Assembly: GCA_028534125.1 (NCBI GenBank)
Contig: CM052824.1
Span: forward strand, 61,194,001-61,258,000
Direction of reading: 5' to 3'
Source of the DNA: Lama glama
Lineage: Eukaryota
Length of the DNA stretch: 64,000 nt
The stretch's first letter is position 1, and each line of letters opens with the position of its first letter. Under the pieces are notes generated by a model, which saw only the letters and a program-made list of their open reading frames with translations, was not told where the DNA came from and did not search any database. This document shows, piece after piece, positions 48,375 to 64,000 of the stretch. Made by a program: the position numbers and the translations under genes.

Positions 48375-48618
48375 AACAGAACCACAGGCTGTCTGGGTGT
48401 CTCCCTTCCTGGTGCTTGCACCTGTCTCCTGCAGGTGCCTAGGGAGGTGGGAACTTGGGGCAAGCACAGACTGACAGGAGGCAGGGGGCCTGCTGTGGCC
48501 CCAGGACAACACAGGGCTGGCTCCAGCCTGGCACAATGGTGTGCAGATGGGGCAGGGTCCAGCAGCTGGGCCTAGCATGCCATGGCTGCTGTGACCTTGT
48601 CTGGGCATCCGGGGGTTG

Positions 48619-51446
48619 TCAGGACTTCTGTGCCGTGGACTCGGAGGGCGCGTGAGGCTGCATGGGGGCAGACCCTGCCGACAAACTCCAGGTCATTTTC
48701 AGAGCAAGGCAGTCTCTGCAGAGGCTGGGCCAGAGCCTTCAGCATGGCTACGGAGCCCCTGCCTTTGCCCCAGGATTCAAAGCCCTCTTAACTTATGCTG
48801 CCTTCTGGAACCCCCCTCTCAGCCTCCCTCCCCCACCGGAAACTCCCCCATAGGGGCCATGTAGGAGTGGAGCTTGGACTGAGGGGCTGCGGCACCTCTA
48901 TTCAAAGCTGCCTGCCTGCCTGTGGGCTACTGGTCTCCAGCCTGAGGTCTGTTGGCTAACTTGGGACCTCCCTGCCCCCTGGGGCCTGGCTTTCCTATTG
49001 CACACATGCTGGATTCCTGACTGCTGGGCTAACACTGCCACTGAGAGGCCTGGCCCCAGCAAAGACCCAGCCTTGGGAAGGGTTGGTCAGGGGGTAACAA
49101 ACAGGGACCTTCTCAAGCTGCCACCTCTTACCAAGGTCCGGGTAGAGCACTGACTTCAGGAATAAGCCATGGGCTGGGGCCACACGGGTCTGGTGTCTGC
49201 CCAGGGGGTCCCGGCTCTCCAGAATTGCTTTAACTTGAGCAGGTGTCAAAGCCCCCAGCCCCACAGCCACCAGCACAGCTGTCATCCTCCGCACCTGTGA
49301 CCCAAGACCAGACTGCTGCAGCTGCCCCAGCCCTGGGCCCCACCCCCGGGAGGGCCCCAGGACAGAGCCCACCTGTCTGTACAGGAAAGACTGGCTCTCA
49401 AACTCCAGGCTCCAGAACTGCAGCTTCCTGAGGGCAGGGGCACCTGTGACGTCATGGCCTCAGGGCAGCCCCATCCTGTAGTGTGGCCTCAGACAAGGAG
49501 GAGGACAGGGCAGGGGGTGGGGAATGACTGGTTCCCACCCTCCCCTTCACCCCAGAGACCTCCACTGACCACCCCACCCCACCAGTTTGGTGGAAGAGAC
49601 TAAAACCAGAGAGGGGACACTTGTGAGAGGGAGGGACAGGAGAACGTCCTGGGGGCCTCGGCTGTGGGGATGAGGCCCGCAGGTGGAGGTGCTGCCGAGG
49701 CTGCGGTCCTGCTGTGGGCTCTGGCACAGCTGAGGGAGAGGGTGCAGCCAGCCAGTTCATCTCCCCGAGACTCAAGCCCCAGGTCTTTGGGTCCCAGGCT
49801 GGCTGTGCAGAAACCCCTCCTCCCTTCAGTGCTAGCCCTAACTGGGAAGGTTCTGAAAGTCAGTAGCTGTCATCTGGCCAGAGGCCCCAATACAGTGCTA
49901 GAGCCAGGGGCACCAACCCCTGCCAGACTGGGCTGGAACCACTGGCCTGGCGCTTCCACCCAGTGGAACCTTTTCTGCAGCTGCCAGAATCTATAGTTGG
50001 CAGCTCCAGAAAGGACCCCAGCCTTGGGGGAGGGCACAGTTGCAGACTTTGGGTGTGTTGAGGCCATACCATTCAGCTGACCAGCACGTCCTCCCCGACA
50101 GCCAACGCGTGCCCCGGGAGCCCCCAGTCCTGCCTCTGTACTGCCCTCATCAGGGAAGGTACTGGAACTAAATCCAGCCTTTGCAGCCTCCAGACCAGAG
50201 TGCAGGCTGCCCTTCCTCACCTGCTCTCCTGGGGGAGGACAAAGGGGCTGGTTGGATCGGGAGACACTGAGGCTTGACGCAGTGTGCGCACTGAGCTGGC
50301 GGCTGGGCTGCCCGCCGACTGGAAGGCACTGAAGTCATGTGTACCCAGGAGGTGCTGGGCGGCCTCCCGCATGGCAGCCACATCCAAGCAGCTGTAAGGA
50401 GCCAGGTGAGAGGTCAGGAGTGAACCACCAGCCAGGTGGGTCTGGCAACTCCCTCCTGCTCAGTCTCATACCCACTTACTCTGCCCGCAGTGCCCAGCAC
50501 CGGTTTCGTTCAAACACAGACAGCTGGTCAGGCCTGGGGCAGCCAGTAGCCAGGCGGTACAGATAGGTCCTGGACGTGGCTGCGTAGCGGGCATGGAAGT
50601 CACTGGGCACACGGAAAGCCTGCAGTACCCTGTGGGAGTCAGGCCAGGAATGACCCCACCACCTGTTCAAGTGACATCTCGGCATCTCCCCCATCACCCG
50701 CAAGAAGTTCTGTCCAGATACAGTTTTTCCTGACCTTCCGCCTCTACCCATAGTGCAAGAGTCCCGGGAGAGCCCAGCAACACTCACCGGATGGCCGGGT
50801 GCCTCAGGTGGGTGTTGAGGGCCTCCGTCAGCTCCTCAGGGGTGAAGGGTGGCTGGCCTGAGCGGCGCTCGATATCCAAGTGCGCCGCGTTGCTTAGGGC
50901 GTGGACTCCAGCATCCGTACGGCTGGAGATGGTGAACTTGACAGGCACGACCGAGTTCAGCCGCTCTGCGGCCTCCTAGCGGGACATGGCGTCCGCGAGC
51001 AGAGCTCCCATCTGCCCCTCCCTGGCGTCCCCCTCCTTCATCCCGGGCGCGGGCCAGCGGAGCTCACCTCCAGGTAGTTCTGGACCCCGACGGCGTGCTG
51101 GGCACCCCTGACGGCCGCTACTCCGCTGCGGAAAGGGCGAGCGGAGGTTAGCGCGCCGAGGCCGGCCCGTCCCGTGCTCCACCCGCCCCGCCCTCTGCAG
51201 CCAAATGTGGCCGTGCAGTCTTCTCCGGGCCAGGGCCCGAGGCCAGAGGCGCGGATCCTAAACTTAGCTCCCGCCCTCTCCTCTGGTGCTGGCCGGCCGC
51301 CGCTCTCCTGGTCAAGCTCGGGTGCTCCCCACGGCGCCAGGCTACACAAGGGGGGCCCGGAGGACGTACTTAAAGTCTGTGCCCAAGTACTGGAAGTACA
51401 CGAGGTAGCGTACGCGCACCGAGCCCGCGGCCAGGCCGACGCCCAT
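48619..51446 (-). CDS. PUSL1: tRNA pseudouridine synthase-like 1 (TruA family), about 305 aa
   Basis: complement(join(51370..51446,51068..51125,50788..50975,50480..50629,50221..50391,49373..49427,49132..49294,48619..48674)). [15 protein letters not shown], catalytic [53 protein letters not shown]. The last exon is the least certain. Confidence 0.93.
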
Positions 51447-52125
51447 GGCCAGGCCGGACCGGGCGGAGCGGGACCCAGCAGAACCGGAGCCCGCGGAGCG
51501 CCAAGAGGGCAGAGGCCGCACGTGGGCCTGCGTGCGCGCGCACCATGGCCACGCCCCCAAGGCAGCTCCCGCGCCTGCGCCTGCGCTTTCGCCCCGCCCG
51601 GGCCGTCCCGCAAGGCCGCCCCGGGCAGGAGAGAGGAGGCGGGGCCAGACTTAGGGAGCAGGTGCAAAGTGCCCGCCCAGGGGAGAGGCAGCCACAGCTC
51701 AGCGCAGACCTTCACGCTGCCGCGCCCACTCACTCGCCCGCAGCCTCCCACAGCGGTCCAGCTGAGCGCTTGTTGCCACCCCCCGGGTTGCCCAACGGCC
51801 GGATCGTCGGAGCGATCGCGGACCGACGGCCCTCGCGACTGTTGCTGGGCCCACCTACCCTGCCGATCCGCAGCCCAAAGGGGGCGGGACGTCGGGGCGT
51901 TTGGCGACGCTCCCCGGTTCTGACAGCGGGCGGCGAGCGCGGGCGGCGGACTTTGACGACGCTCCCCGGCGGTGACAGGCGGGGCGGGCCGGTGGCGCGG
52001 CGGCCTGGTTTCGGGGCGGGCGGGCGCCGAGCGCCGCGCGGGCGGGTGGACGGGCGGGCCGGCCGGGGATGCCGCTCGGGACTCCGCGGTCCTCGTGCCA
52101 GTGAGCTCCCCGCGCCGCCGCAACC

Positions 52126-63149
<11,024 letters not shown>

Positions 63150-63409
63150 GTAAGTCCTCTACTGCCCACTCCTAGCTCAGCCGGGGCAGCAGAGTGGGGG
63201 CCAGGCATGGCTTGTCCAGAGGGTGGATGAGTGGCAGACAGCTGTGGCCACTTACGCAGGGCCTGGGAGGACAGGCGTCCTTGCAGGGGGGAGTGGCCTG
63301 GGGATGGGGAGGGTTCGGGGGCGTCAATCAGGGCTAAGGGGATGGTCTTGAAGAGCTGGGGGTGACTTGGCCACTGACTTGGAGCCTGGGGCCATGACCT
63401 TCGAGAGTG

Positions 63410-63545
63410 ATGTGTGTGCATGTGCTTGTGCTGCGTGCACACAGGAGTCTGCACATGAGGGCGTGAGGGCACAAGCGGGTATACATGTGAGTGCATGTGC
63501 ATATGGGTGTATATGCAGGGGGTGTGCGTGTGCACGCGTGTGCTG
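63410..63545. repeat. Low-complexity TG/CATG-rich tract in ACAP3 intron 19
   Basis: TGTGTGTGCATGTGC...GTGTGCGTGTGCACGCGTGTG. Confidence 0.55.
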
Positions 63546-64000
63546 AGGGCCCCATGTGTCCGCAAGTGCCTGTGGGGGCTGGACAGCTGTGTGTTGGACC
63601 AGCTCCCGAGAGACAGTTGTGTGCATCTTGGAGTTGGGGGCCGATGCTCCAAGTCAGGGCCCTCCCCTGAGGGCTGCCTGTTAGCGTTCTTCAGCAGCCA
63701 CTGGCAGGGGCACACAGGGAGCCTTCCTGGGCAGTGTGGACAGAAGGCATATTCTGGGGCCAACGGCTGGCAGGGCTGATGGGGGTGGCAGGGGTGCCCT
63801 CGTGCAGCAGAGGGCGCTGCCTCACCATCCCTAAGCCTGGGGCTCTCCTGGGAGGGCTGCCCTTGGGCCAGCTGGGCCAGCGTTTGCTCACTGCTGCTCG
63901 GGGCCATGTCTGGGGCTCGGCAAAGACCCCATCTCTGGGCAGTGACCTTCCAGTATGCACCGGTCACAAACAGATCTGCCCGAGGCTGTGATTCAGCTCA

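Overview
This is GC-rich mammalian genomic DNA, most likely from a camelid (camel or alpaca), judged from two copies of a tRNA-Ala-derived Vic-1-type SINE. It is the conserved block orthologous to human 1p36.33, in reverse orientation: MXRA8 (+, 10 coding exons, 443 aa), DVL1 (+, 15 exons, 695 aa), TAS1R3 (-, 6 exons, 857 aa, intact), CPTP/GLTPD1 (-, 214 aa), INTS11/CPSF3L (+, 17 exons, about 599 aa, with most of exon 7 inside an N gap), PUSL1 (-, 8 exons, about 305 aa) and the first 19 exons of ACAP3 (+, running off the window end). Exons were assembled by hand from GT-AG junctions and frame continuity. Most long ORFs in the supplied track are GC-rich shadow frames or exon+intron read-throughs. 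I found no evidence for a wholly new biological system. The most interesting items are fine-scale: two convergent gene pairs with overlapping 3' ends (DVL1/TAS1R3, INTS11/PUSL1), two bidirectional CpG promoters, mirtron-like intronic hairpins, an overlapping upstream ORF at PUSL1, a 12-nt ACAP3 microexon with a duplicated upstream acceptor, duplicated splice donors in CPTP, an MXRA8 lacking the Bovinae anti-alphavirus insertion, and possible antisense exons upstream of MXRA8. Comparisons to human or other orthologues are from memory, not from a search.
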